NCBI GenBank assembly: GCA_963824495.1
Contig: CAWGPQ010000014.1
Coordinates: 1 to 64,000 of the forward strand
Direction: 5' to 3'
DNA: 64,000 nt
Origin: an uncultured bacterium
GTDB taxonomy: Bacteria > Babelota > Babeliae > Babelales > Babelaceae
The notes below the pieces were generated by a model that did no database searches, was not told the DNA's origin, and saw only the letters and a program-made list of their open reading frames with translations. Both the position numbers and the translations under genes were made by a program. Positions 11,014 to 21,091 of the stretch are shown one piece after another; position 1 is the first letter of the stretch; each line of letters begins with the position of its first letter.

Positions 11014-12171
11014 ATGATAAAGTGCTGCAGATTACGAGTAATGCTTATCCACTTACTGTTATTTGTTCCTGCTTTTTGCCCGGCAAAGCAGGAATGTGAC
11101 CAACCTGGGGTATCTCAAAAGACCGTGCTGCTAACTGGTGCTGCTGGGTTTATTGGAAGCAATTTTCTTAAGTATCTTTTCGATCGTTATCCGAGTTATT
11201 GCTTTATAGTACTTGATGCTCTTACTTATGCAGGTAAGCTTAATAATATACCCTCATATATAAAACAATCTGGTCGATTTGAGTTTTGGCACGGTTCAAT
11301 AAATGATCCCGAGCTTGTTAACGATTTAATGAGCAGAGCACATTTTGTTGTTCATTTTGCCGCCGAGACTCATGTGACACGGAGCATATACGGTAACGCA
11401 GCGAGAAACAATCTCTACGATAACACTGAGTTCTCTAAGACAAATTGTGTCGGTACTCACGTCATGCTGAATGCGCTTGTAAAAAATACCAACATCGAGC
11501 GTTTTATACATATTTCAACTTCTGAAGTCTATGGTACCGCTGAACGTGACGTTATCGATGAGGATCACCCGCTTAATCCCCGATCACCGTATGCAGGAAC
11601 CAAAGCAGGGGCTGACAGAATAGTTTCCTCGTATTGGTGTACACATGATCATTTACCAATTGTTATTGTTCGCCCCTTCAATAACTATGGTCCTCGACAG
11701 GATCCGGAGAAATTAATCCCTTTGTTTATTACCAATGCTCTTCAAGGAAAGCGGCTTACAATACATGGTGATGGATCGGCACAGCGTGATTGGCTTCACG
11801 TTCAAGATCACTGTCGGGGACTTGACCGAATCTTGCATATAGAGGATTTTTCTAAAATTAAGCACACCGTTATTAATCTTGGTACCGGTATCTCTCTTTC
11901 TGTGCTTGATATAGCACATATGATTTTAGAGTATCTTAACCTGCCAGCAACAGAATATCTTACATTTGTTGGTGATAGACCAGGTCAAGTTGCTCGACAT
12001 ACAGCGTCGTACAAGCGAGCAGAAGAACTACTGGGATGGAAACCAGAAATATCATTTAAAAGTGGTCTAGCTCAAGTTATTGATTGGTATAGGGATAACC
12101 AAGACTGGTGGAAGCCGCAAGAATTTAATGAATTTTTAGATACCAATAATACTTTAGTAATATATTCATAA
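11014..12171 (+). CDS. rmlB: dTDP-glucose 4,6-dehydratase-like enzyme with N-terminal hydrophobic extension
   Basis: TGAAGFIGSNF, DALTYAG, HFAAETHV, STSEVYG, YAGTK, NNYGPRQ, DRPG. Confidence 0.85.
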   Translation: MIKCCRLRVMLIHLLLFVPAFCPAKQECDQPGVSQKTVLLTGAAGFIGSNFLKYLFDRYPSYCFIVLDALTYAGKLNNIPSYIKQSGRFEFWHGSINDPELVNDLMSRAHFVVHFAAETHVTRSIYGNAARNNLYDNTEFSKTNCVGTHVMLNALVKNTNIERFIHISTSEVYGTAERDVIDEDHPLNPRSPYAGTKAGADRIVSSYWCTHDHLPIVIVRPFNNYGPRQDPEKLIPLFITNALQGKRLTIHGDGSAQRDWLHVQDHCRGLDRILHIEDFSKIKHTVINLGTGISLSVLDIAHMILEYLNLPATEYLTFVGDRPGQVARHTASYKRAEELLGWKPEISFKSGLAQVIDWYRDNQDWWKPQEFNEFLDTNNTLVIYS

Positions 12172-12190
12172 TAAGAGGAAGGTTATAAAA

Positions 12191-12952
12191 GTGATTATAC
12201 GTAGAAAAAACTATATTTCCCTTTTGGTACAGATATATATAGCCTGTATCTTTAACGCTTATGCTTTTTGCCATGATCCTTTGTTACCCTTAGATTATGT
12301 AGTTCTCCATGACCATTCCTCCTATACGATTGAATTGCTTGAGAAACTGACAGGGTTATCGCATGAGGAAGTAGAGCAGATAATGCACAAGCTTGATAAT
12401 TTAGAAGCACTTGAACATAAAGCATTTGGGCCATATCATCATGTTTTGCCAAGGCTGATAGAGCAGTTTAACTTAAAGGTTGGTTGCGAAATTGGTGTTT
12501 CAATTGGTTTACATTCATATAAAATATTGAGCACTACGGAAGTAACAAAACTTTATAGTGTTGATCCATATAAAGAATATCCCGATAGTACTAACTTAAT
12601 GATGAAGCAAAAACAATTTGACATCTTTTACGAACGAGTTAAAAATAAGCTATCTGTTTTTGGCGATCGATCGAAGTTGATGCGGTTGACCTCAGCAGAA
12701 GCTGCTCAGCTTATCGGCAAAGAATCATTGGATTTTGTTTTTATTGATGCAAATCATGAATATGACTATGTGCGTCAAGATCTTGAGTTGTGGTATGGGC
12801 GGGTTCGAAAGGGAGGGCTTATAGTAGGAGATGACTATACAACTCATCATCAAGGAGTGAGAAAAGCAGTTGATGAGTTTTTTGAAGCAAAAAACCTAAG
12901 GGTTATTACCGATTCTGAGCAGCCTCGAATTTGGTGGGTACAAAAAATTTAA
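12191..12952 (+). CDS. class I SAM-dependent methyltransferase (Methyltransf_24-like)
   Basis: GCEIGVSIG, SVDPY, DFVFIDANHEY, GGLIVGDDY. Confidence 0.85.
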   Translation: MIIRRKNYISLLVQIYIACIFNAYAFCHDPLLPLDYVVLHDHSSYTIELLEKLTGLSHEEVEQIMHKLDNLEALEHKAFGPYHHVLPRLIEQFNLKVGCEIGVSIGLHSYKILSTTEVTKLYSVDPYKEYPDSTNLMMKQKQFDIFYERVKNKLSVFGDRSKLMRLTSAEAAQLIGKESLDFVFIDANHEYDYVRQDLELWYGRVRKGGLIVGDDYTTHHQGVRKAVDEFFEAKNLRVITDSEQPRIWWVQKI

Positions 12953-12970
12953 AGACTGGAGTTTAAGGCA

Positions 12971-13732
12971 ATGATTATGTGTAGAAAAAACAACCTTTCT
13001 CTTTTGGCACAGATATATATAGCTTGTATTTTTAACGCTTATGCTTCTTGCAGCGGTCATCTGTCCCCCCTAGAGTACGCAACTTTGCACAGATCTTCTA
13101 CCTATACGGTAGAAGATCTAGCGAAGCTGACAAACATGACACATCGGGAAGTTCAGGATTTTATGAAGTTTCTTGATGCACTAGAGGTAGGTGAGGGAGA
13201 GAACTTTGGGCCGTATCATCATGTTCTGCCAAGGCTGATAGAGGAGCTTAACTTAAAGGTTGGTTGCGAAATTGGTGTTTCAATTGGTTTACATTCATAT
13301 AACATATTGAGCACCACGGGAGTAATAAAACTTTATAGTGTTGATCCGTACAAAGCTTATGGTGATAGCACCAATTATGGATTGAATCAAAAACAATTTG
13401 ACATCTTTTACGAACGAGTTAAAAATAAGCTATCTGTTTTTGGCGATCGATCGAAGTTGATACGGTTGACCTCAACAGAAGCTGCTCAGCGTATTGGCAA
13501 AGAGTCATTAGATTTTGTTTTTATTGATGCAAATCATGAATATGACTACGTACGTCAAGATCTTGAGTGGTGGTATGGGCGGGTTCGAAAGGGAGGGCTT
13601 ATAGTAGGAGATGACTATACGACTCATCACCCCGGAGTAAGAAAAGCAGTCGATGAGTTTTTTGAGGCAAAAAACCTAAGGGTTATCACCGATTCTGAGC
13701 AACCTCGAATTTGGTGGGTACAAAAACCATAA
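12971..13732 (+). CDS. class I SAM-dependent methyltransferase, tandem paralog
   Basis: Same motifs; C-terminal half nearly identical to 12191-12952. Confidence 0.85.
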   Translation: MIMCRKNNLSLLAQIYIACIFNAYASCSGHLSPLEYATLHRSSTYTVEDLAKLTNMTHREVQDFMKFLDALEVGEGENFGPYHHVLPRLIEELNLKVGCEIGVSIGLHSYNILSTTGVIKLYSVDPYKAYGDSTNYGLNQKQFDIFYERVKNKLSVFGDRSKLIRLTSTEAAQRIGKESLDFVFIDANHEYDYVRQDLEWWYGRVRKGGLIVGDDYTTHHPGVRKAVDEFFEAKNLRVITDSEQPRIWWVQKP

Positions 13733-13820
13733 TCATACTAATATAAGAAGGAGCTTATAAAGGCAGAAAGAACTGGATGTAGTTATAGGTATAATCTTTT
13801 ACACACAGGAGAACGACAGT

Positions 13821-14696
13821 ATGATAAGTAATAGATTTCATGTCTTGCTCATGAGTATGCTTCAAGTGCTTGTTCTTACTACAAATGTTCACGCTGAAGA
13901 CGATGTTCATAGTGAGTATACCAATCCAACAGAATTGTTGCAAAGTATAGAGCACAATTGCTCTGGATCACGCGGTCTTTATTTAAATCTTCTGAAGAAA
14001 TGCTTAATAGGCTCTATTTATCGAGATCCAAGCATACAAACTAATACATATGACCAGGAGCTACGTGAACATGGTAAAGATTGGCCTCGTACTGCTCTTA
14101 CTATGATCGGTCTCAAGCAACTTGATAATATACAGCAATGTGCTGAAGATGCATTAACAAACAAGGTCCCGGGCGATTTTATGGAGACTGGGGTGTGGAG
14201 AGGTGGTGCAACCGTCTTTATGAGGGCTATCTTAAGGGTGCGTGGTGATATTCAGCGTCGAGTATGGGTAGCCGATTCATTTGAAGGTGACCCAGTGCCT
14301 AACGTTGAAAAATACCCAGCGGATGCACATATAGCCCTGCACAATAGTAAGCAGCTTGCCGTTCCTCTTGAAGAAGTACAAGCTAATTTTGAGCGCTATG
14401 GGTTGTTTGATGATCAAGTACAATTCCTTAAGGGATGGTTTTCACAGACGTTACCGACGGCGCCTATCGATAAGTTAGCTATGTTGCGTATTGATGACGA
14501 CCTTTATGAATCTACAATGGATGCTTTACTTAACTTGTATCCAAAGCTTTCTATTGGTGGTTATGTTATTATCAATAGTTGCAAAGAACTTACATCTGCT
14601 TGTGCTCAAGCTGTTAATGACTATCGTGCTCAGCATAACATAACTGAAGAGATACAGTGGGCTGATAATGCAATGTACTGGAAGCGCCTTAACTAA
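13821..14696 (+). CDS. TylF/MycF/NovP-family O-methyltransferase (divergent motifs)
   Basis: TMIG, ETGVWRGG, DSFEG, KGWF; LRIDDDLYEST and IINSC. Confidence 0.85.
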   Translation: MISNRFHVLLMSMLQVLVLTTNVHAEDDVHSEYTNPTELLQSIEHNCSGSRGLYLNLLKKCLIGSIYRDPSIQTNTYDQELREHGKDWPRTALTMIGLKQLDNIQQCAEDALTNKVPGDFMETGVWRGGATVFMRAILRVRGDIQRRVWVADSFEGDPVPNVEKYPADAHIALHNSKQLAVPLEEVQANFERYGLFDDQVQFLKGWFSQTLPTAPIDKLAMLRIDDDLYESTMDALLNLYPKLSIGGYVIINSCKELTSACAQAVNDYRAQHNITEEIQWADNAMYWKRLN

Positions 14697-14707
14697 GGAG
14701 AAGTGTT

Positions 14708-15622
14708 ATGATAAGTGAAAAGTTAAAAAACGTGCTTATACGTGCCGTTGGATGTATTCTTGTTGTAGCAATAACATCTTTATCTACTGTTTTTGGACAA
14801 GATGAGATGGTTTGTGATGGTGAGCTGTGTAATGCCATTACCATCGAACTTGGTAGTGAGCCTGTAATAGAAGAGTATTCTTGCTCGGAGTCTGCTTATC
14901 ATTATTTAGAGCTCGCAAAGCAATCGTTAACTGGCTCTATTTATCAAGATCCAAGTATACAAACTAATACATATGACCAGGAACTACGTGAATATGGTAA
15001 AGATTGGCCTCGTACGGCCCTTACCATGATTGGTCTCAAGCGACTTGATAACATACAGCAATGCGTTGAAGATGTATTAGCAAACAAGATCCCGGGCGAT
15101 TTTATAGAGACTGGGGTGTGGAGAGGTGGCGCGACCATCTTCATGAGAGCTGTCTTGAAAGCATATGGCGATACTCAACGAAGGGTGTGGGTAGCTGACT
15201 CATTTGAAGGAGATCCTGTGCCCAACGTTGAAAAATATCCTGTTGATGCTCCTATTCGTTTGTGTGATATGAAGCAGTTTGCTGTCTCTTTGGAAGAGGT
15301 ACAAGCCAATTTTGCTAGTTATGATTTACTTGATGATCAAGTACAATTTCTTAAGGGTTGGTTCTCTCAAACGTTACCAACGGCTCCTATCCATAAGCTT
15401 GCAATCTTACGCCTTGATGGAAATCTTTACGAATCCACAATGGATGCTTTAGTTAACTTATATCCAAAGCTTTCTATTGGTGGTTATGTTATTATCGATG
15501 ATTACAAAGGACTTATCCCCGCTTGTGCTCAAGCTGTTAATGACTATCGTATTGAGCATAACATAACTGAAGAGATGGAATTGATTGATGATGATGCAGT
15601 CTACTGGAAGCGGGTTTATTAA
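14708..15622 (+). CDS. TylF/MycF/NovP-family O-methyltransferase
   Basis: ETGVWRGG, DSFEG, LRLDGNLYEST, IIDDY. Confidence 0.9.
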   Translation: MISEKLKNVLIRAVGCILVVAITSLSTVFGQDEMVCDGELCNAITIELGSEPVIEEYSCSESAYHYLELAKQSLTGSIYQDPSIQTNTYDQELREYGKDWPRTALTMIGLKRLDNIQQCVEDVLANKIPGDFIETGVWRGGATIFMRAVLKAYGDTQRRVWVADSFEGDPVPNVEKYPVDAPIRLCDMKQFAVSLEEVQANFASYDLLDDQVQFLKGWFSQTLPTAPIHKLAILRLDGNLYESTMDALVNLYPKLSIGGYVIIDDYKGLIPACAQAVNDYRIEHNITEEMELIDDDAVYWKRVY

Positions 15623-15651
15623 AAAGCTCATTATTTTTTAGTAATTTTTTG

Positions 15652-15688
15652 AGGACCTTGAACGCAAGCTCAAGGTCCTTGGTTTTTT
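15652..15688 (+). terminator. hairpin/possible intrinsic terminator inside the cluster
   Basis: AGGACCTTGA-N8-TCAAGGTCCT followed by TGGTTTTTT. Confidence 0.55.
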
Positions 15689-15701
15689 AAGGAGTGCTTA
15701 C

Positions 15702-16514
15702 GTGGTAATTAGAAAAAGCATATCGTTGTGTGTAATGTTTATGAGTGTACTTCTTGATTATCATGTCGTTAAATGCTCTTGTATACAATATACGCTTTAT
15801 TTAGATCTGCTCAAAAAGTGCTTAACAGGCGTTATTTACAAAGATCCCGGTTTTCAATTCAATAGGTATAGCGATGAAGTTCGACATGATGGTAGTGATT
15901 GGCCCCGTACGGCTCTTACTATGATTGGTGTCAAGCAACTTGATAACATACAGCAATGTGCTGAAGATGTATTAGCAAACAAGGTCCCGGGCGATTTTAT
16001 AGAGACTGGTGTATGGAGAGGTGGCGCGACCATCTTCATGAGAGCTATCTTGAAGGCACATGGTGATATTCAGCGTCGAGTATGGGTAGCCGATTCATTC
16101 AAAGGAACACCTGTGCCCAATGCTGAAAAATATCCATTTGATGAAGGTACTTCTAGCTATACTATTAAGGAGCTTGCTGTCTCTTTAGAAGAAGTACAAG
16201 CTAACTTTGTTCGTTATGGGTTACTCGATGATCATGTGCAATTTCTTGAAGGTCGGTTTTCACAGACGTTACCGGCAGCACCTATCGATAAGCTCGCTAT
16301 TTTACGACTTGATGGTGACCTTTATGAATCTACTTGGGATGCTTTGGTTAACTTGTATCCAAAGCTTTCTATTGGTGGTTATGTTATTATCGACGATTAC
16401 GGATCAAATGTGGCATGTGCTAAAGCGGTGAGAGATTACCGGGCTTTGCACGCCATAACAGATGAGATCTATCGCATAGATAACTCTGGGGCTTACTGGA
16501 AGCGTACGTGCTAA
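15702..16514 (+). CDS. TylF/MycF/NovP-family O-methyltransferase
   Basis: ETGVWRGG, canonical LRLDGDLYEST, IIDDY. Confidence 0.9.
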   Translation: MVIRKSISLCVMFMSVLLDYHVVKCSCIQYTLYLDLLKKCLTGVIYKDPGFQFNRYSDEVRHDGSDWPRTALTMIGVKQLDNIQQCAEDVLANKVPGDFIETGVWRGGATIFMRAILKAHGDIQRRVWVADSFKGTPVPNAEKYPFDEGTSSYTIKELAVSLEEVQANFVRYGLLDDHVQFLEGRFSQTLPAAPIDKLAILRLDGDLYESTWDALVNLYPKLSIGGYVIIDDYGSNVACAKAVRDYRALHAITDEIYRIDNSGAYWKRTC

Positions 16515-16531
16515 AACAGGGAGGTCATGTT

Positions 16532-17419
16532 ATGATAAGCAAGAAATTATCATGCTGGTTTTATGTATCTGCTTGCGCTATGGTCTTGAGTATAACGACA
16601 AGCAGAGCCGAGCACGTTGCATCATATACCGAACCACAGGCAATATTTCTTTGTGATATGTGCTATCGGGAGGTATCAACCTGCCCTCGGCTCATTGCTC
16701 TTTATTTACATGTTATGAAACAATCTTTAATTGGCTCTCTCCATAAAGATCCTGGGATTCATTCGGGTATTTACGATAAAGACCTGCGGGAAGACGCTAT
16801 GGATTGGCCTCTTACAGCTCTTACTATGATTGGTCTTAACAGATTAAACAATATTCAAAAATGTATTGAGGATGTTCTGGAGAATACTATCCCTGGCGAT
16901 TTAATAGAAACTGGGGTCTGGCGCGGGGGTGCAACTATATTCATGAGGGCGGTTCTTAAGGCGCATGATGAAAATAGCCGATACGTATGGGTAGCTGATT
17001 CATTTGAAGGACTACCTGTACCTAACCCTGACAAATATCCTGCCGATACAAATCTTCGTCTTTGTGATATAAGGGAGCTTGCTGTTCCTCTTGAAGAAGT
17101 ACAAGCTAACTTTGCACGTTACGATTTACTTGATAGCCAAGTACGCTTTCTTAAGGGTTGGTTTTCACAGACATTACCAACAGCATCTATCGATAAGCTT
17201 GCTATTTTACGACTTGATGGTAACCTTTATGAATCTACTTGGGATGCTTTGGTTAACTTGTATCCAAAACTTTCTATTGGTGGTTATGTTATCATTGACG
17301 ATTATGGTGCAGTGCCGGCATGTGCTCAAGCAGTTCATGATTATCGAAGCATGTATGCTATAGAAGAAGAAATTCAGCGAGTTGATCGTGACTGCATCTA
17401 TTGGAAGCGCACATACTAA
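16532..17419 (+). CDS. TylF/MycF/NovP-family O-methyltransferase
   Basis: ETGVWRGG, DSFEGLP, LRLDGNLYEST, IIDDY; GGAGG SD before ATG 16532. Confidence 0.9.
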   Translation: MISKKLSCWFYVSACAMVLSITTSRAEHVASYTEPQAIFLCDMCYREVSTCPRLIALYLHVMKQSLIGSLHKDPGIHSGIYDKDLREDAMDWPLTALTMIGLNRLNNIQKCIEDVLENTIPGDLIETGVWRGGATIFMRAVLKAHDENSRYVWVADSFEGLPVPNPDKYPADTNLRLCDIRELAVPLEEVQANFARYDLLDSQVRFLKGWFSQTLPTASIDKLAILRLDGNLYESTWDALVNLYPKLSIGGYVIIDDYGAVPACAQAVHDYRSMYAIEEEIQRVDRDCIYWKRTY

Positions 17420-17456
17420 CGCATGCTAAAAATTTGTAAATTACGTATATTTTTTC

Positions 17457-17491
17457 AAAGGGATCTTGGGCTTATGATTAAGATCCCTTTT
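17457..17491. terminator. bidirectional terminator between convergent operons
   Basis: AAAGGGATCTT-N12-AAGATCCCTTT. Confidence 0.7.
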
Positions 17492-17538
17492 GAGTTTAAG
17501 CTAAGCATACGCGCATCACGTGCTTGTATCTCTGTATC

Positions 17539-19740
17539 CTAATAACGTGAAGAGTGGTTGTTGAAGTTATCGTGAGGGTTTGCTTGCAGGGATACATGTC
17601 CTCCACCCTGACGTGCAAGATGATCAATAATAAGTGTTAGATAAGCAACAGTATATAAGCGATCAAAAGCTATAGGGGGCGTAAAAACTGGTTTGCTCAG
17701 TTCTTTAAAGAACAATTCTAGAAGGTGCTTATGTCCCTTGTTAGGAGTTCGTGATAGTTCGTTTAAAGTAGGTGATGTGCCATAGCTTGTAAGAGCTTTA
17801 TAGTCATTCATGATAATGGACTGGCCATCACAGAAGACCTCCATGTATTCTTTACCAAGACCAATGTGGCCTATGGCAGTATATATAAGCGTACATAGCG
17901 ACCCATCGTTAAAACTTATGTGAGCTGAGAAGTTATCTGTTGAAACAAGATCACCACGCTGTGCTCGCAGACATTCTACTGATACTCTGGTTGGCTGAGC
18001 TTGTATAATATAACAAAATAGGTCGATAATATGGCAGGCTTCGCCGATAATTCTGCCGCCACCCTCAGCACGTTGAGTCCAGTGATCTTGGGGAACGAAA
18101 CCTGCGTTTATGCGATACTGTAGCATACAGGGCGCGTTACGTTGACATATTATGGCTTTTATTTTTTGTATATATGGCGCAGCGGAACGGTTAAAGTCTA
18201 CACAAAGCGGAGCATGGGGGTTATTACGTAAGAATTTTTGAACTGATTCAAGCTCGGTAAACGTTGTAACCAGTGGTTTTTCAAGAAATACTGCTTTGCC
18301 TTGCTCTAAAAATGCAAGTGCTTGTTGTGCATGATAGACGTGAGGTGTTGCGATAACAACCGCGTCGATACTATCGTGATCGAGAAGTTCATGATAGTCG
18401 GTAAACAGGTGCTTGATAGTATATAAGCGGCTTACTTTAAGAGCATTGGTGTTATCGGTGTCGACAAGTGCCGTAAGAGTAACGGTGTTGTTTTGAGCAA
18501 GTAATGGCAACAAAACTGATTGAGCAAAGCCCCCGGCTCCAATAAGCCCTACCCGTACTTTCTCCGATGGCTTTATAAAGATTAGAGGCGTACTTGTTTC
18601 TCTAGTAAGAGCTTGCGATGAGAGCGGTTCGTTTGATTCTCGATAGGTAAGTATGACAGCAATGCTTTTTTTACTTCTTACCTGATCATATGCTTCTTTA
18701 ATATGAGTGATAGGATATTCATGAGTTATGAGCGTATCGACAGTGATAGATCGTTGCTCAAGTAATTTGACAAATTCCTGCATATTACGTTGTTCTGTCC
18801 AGCGAACATACGGGTATGGGTAATCAATACCCTCATGTTCATATGCCCTATCATAGCGTCCCGGTCCATAGGAGCATGACATAAGAAGATCAAGCTCTTT
18901 TTGGTAAAAGGGCTCTCGCTCAAGATGTAAGCCTATATCGCCAACGATTACTATTTTTCCCTTTTTACGCGTGATAGCGATAGCTTGCTGAAGAATCGTA
19001 TGTGAGGGTGACGCAGCGGTAATAATAGTGGTGTCAACGCCGTGATGCTGCGTCAAGTAATTAATAGCAGAAAGCACATTTTCTTGCTGGGCATCATAGA
19101 CATGTTCAGCGCCAAGTAATCGAGCACATTCTAATCTATCGGGAAGCATATCAAGCGCGGTAACATGACAGCCAGAGAGCTTTGATAGCTGGATAGTAAG
19201 TTGCCCTAAAAGACCAAGTCCAATAATAGCAACGTGCTCACCTAACTGAAGCTGTGCTCTTCGAATACCCTGAAGAGCAATGGCGCCGAGTGTGGTAAGG
19301 CTTGCGCCTTTAATACAACGTTCATCATTGATTCGTGCTACTAAATGCTCAGGCACGCATATAACATCTGCGTGATATGCCAAGCCGGCACCCGCACAAG
19401 CAACCATATCACCAACACGGAGAGTTCGAACATTATCACCAATGGCAATAACCCGTCCAGATACTGCATAGCCAAGTGGCTGGATATCTGCAAGTAGCTT
19501 GCTTTTAACGCGTGTTCCCGTCGCCGCAATGCCATCCTGCAGTAAAGAATCAAGCACTTTTTTAAACGTTTCTGGAACGTGAGTAATAAGGCTTTTTTGA
19601 CTGTGAGTGATAGTTGCTGCTTCAGTTCCTGAGCTAATGCATGAATAATAAACTAAAACGAGAACACTATAATCGTTAAGCGTTGGCTCGGGCACCTGCT
19701 TGATTGTTGGTATGCTGTTGTCAAGAAATACTTGTCGCAT
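17539..19740 (-). CDS. bi-domain oxidoreductase (Zn-ADH-like + Gfo/Idh/MocA)
   Basis: SCISSGTE, GLGLLG, SYGPGRYD, GAGGFA, EKP, GGRIIGEACH; likely start MRQVFL at 19740. Confidence 0.9.
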   Translation of the reverse strand: MRQVFLDNSIPTIKQVPEPTLNDYSVLVLVYYSCISSGTEAATITHSQKSLITHVPETFKKVLDSLLQDGIAATGTRVKSKLLADIQPLGYAVSGRVIAIGDNVRTLRVGDMVACAGAGLAYHADVICVPEHLVARINDERCIKGASLTTLGAIALQGIRRAQLQLGEHVAIIGLGLLGQLTIQLSKLSGCHVTALDMLPDRLECARLLGAEHVYDAQQENVLSAINYLTQHHGVDTTIITAASPSHTILQQAIAITRKKGKIVIVGDIGLHLEREPFYQKELDLLMSCSYGPGRYDRAYEHEGIDYPYPYVRWTEQRNMQEFVKLLEQRSITVDTLITHEYPITHIKEAYDQVRSKKSIAVILTYRESNEPLSSQALTRETSTPLIFIKPSEKVRVGLIGAGGFAQSVLLPLLAQNNTVTLTALVDTDNTNALKVSRLYTIKHLFTDYHELLDHDSIDAVVIATPHVYHAQQALAFLEQGKAVFLEKPLVTTFTELESVQKFLRNNPHAPLCVDFNRSAAPYIQKIKAIICQRNAPCMLQYRINAGFVPQDHWTQRAEGGGRIIGEACHIIDLFCYIIQAQPTRVSVECLRAQRGDLVSTDNFSAHISFNDGSLCTLIYTAIGHIGLGKEYMEVFCDGQSIIMNDYKALTSYGTSPTLNELSRTPNKGHKHLLELFFKELSKPVFTPPIAFDRLYTVAYLTLIIDHLARQGGGHVSLQANPHDNFNNHSSRY

Positions 19741-19744
19741 ACTA

Positions 19745-21091
19745 TCACACAGCTTCTTCGTACTTTGATTGATACGTGCGTGATTGCTTAGGTGTGCAGT
19801 GTTGATGCTGCTGAAGTGCCCACTGTTCTTGATAAAGTAGCCCACAAAAATCGAGAACATTTTCTTTACATGCAAGTACCGCTTTTTTGTTTTTAAAGAC
19901 AGTATGATCAACTAAGCACACAATACTATCTGCCCAGCTTATACCCTCTTCAAAATTACAGATGGGTATGGTTACCTGTTTATGTAACATGCTCTCAGTG
20001 ACATGAGGTTCACATATGCGCAGTTCATAGGGATAACAGGAAGATGCTTGGTCTTGCAAAAGAAGCTTGGCTATAGCGAGTGCTGGTGATTCACGCAGAT
20101 CGTCGACGTCAGGCTTATAGGTAGCACCTAAAAGCATGATACGGAAGGGCTGAGATTGGGCACGCGCTACTTCGTTACTACGCCTGACACTATACTCCCG
20201 AATTGCTTGTTTAATATGCTTGAAAATAGTACGAGGTACTTGATCATTAACCATGCGTGCTGCATGAAGAAGCTGTGCTTGTTGAGGGAAAGCATCAAGT
20301 AAGAACCATGGGTCAACAGCAATACAGTGTCCACCTACACCACATCGAGGATGAAGGATGTTTACTCGTGGATGTTTATTAGCTAATTCGATAACTTCGT
20401 ATGGATTACGTCCTGCCGCTCGGGTCATTGCAGCTACTTGCTGAGCAAATGCTAGAGAGACATCGCGTGAACTATTTTCGATAAGCTTAACCAATTCTGC
20501 TGTCGCTGCATCGGTCTTGCAGAGCTGACCATGAACAAGTGCTGCGTAAAATTTTTCAACCTGTTCAGATGAGCGAGCTGTACCTCCAATAACACGCGGG
20601 TTAGAAACCAGCTCAGAGAAAATTTTACCGGGCAATACACGTTCGGGGCAATAGGCGCTATAAAAATCCCTATCACAAACCAAGCCTGTTGCTTGTTCAA
20701 GATAGCTTGTTAATTTTTCAGTTGTTCCAACGGGTACTGTTGATTCTACAATAACGGTCATGGCGTGGGTAAGTACGCCGGCGAGTGCTTGTCCAGCAGC
20801 GTAAACGTGCGATACATCTGCTTTTTTGTCTTTAGTGAATGGTGTAGGTACTGCTATAATAACATAATCGGCAGGTTCAAGTTTTGTTGATGCACGAAAT
20901 AACCCAGCATCAAGAGCCTGGGCTAGTCTTTCTGCAACTTCTGGCTCAGCAATTGTGGGGTCATAAGTATTAATACGCTCAACGCGTGACTGATCTATAT
21001 CGTAGCCAAGTACACGAAAGCCCTTTTCTGCTGCAAGGAGTGCTGTGGGTAATCCGATATAGCCTAAACCCATAACGCATACAGTTTTCAT
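19745..21091 (-). CDS. wecC: UDP-N-acetylmannosamine dehydrogenase
   Basis: GLGYIGLP, AVPTP, ESTVPVG, CPERVLPG, GVGGHCIAVDP, YKPDVDDLRESP. Confidence 0.9.
   Translation of the reverse strand: MKTVCVMGLGYIGLPTALLAAEKGFRVLGYDIDQSRVERINTYDPTIAEPEVAERLAQALDAGLFRASTKLEPADYVIIAVPTPFTKDKKADVSHVYAAGQALAGVLTHAMTVIVESTVPVGTTEKLTSYLEQATGLVCDRDFYSAYCPERVLPGKIFSELVSNPRVIGGTARSSEQVEKFYAALVHGQLCKTDAATAELVKLIENSSRDVSLAFAQQVAAMTRAAGRNPYEVIELANKHPRVNILHPRCGVGGHCIAVDPWFLLDAFPQQAQLLHAARMVNDQVPRTIFKHIKQAIREYSVRRSNEVARAQSQPFRIMLLGATYKPDVDDLRESPALAIAKLLLQDQASSCYPYELRICEPHVTESMLHKQVTIPICNFEEGISWADSIVCLVDHTVFKNKKAVLACKENVLDFCGLLYQEQWALQQHQHCTPKQSRTYQSKYEEAV

Noticed and set aside
12191..17419. Repeated DNA blocks as CRISPR or non-coding repeats
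   Set aside because: They are coding similarity between tandem paralogs; no repeat-spacer array or cas gene seen in the window
19741..19911. 57-aa N-terminal extension of the oxidoreductase
   Set aside because: Overlaps wecC; MRQVFL at 19740 follows the wecC stop and fits the family start
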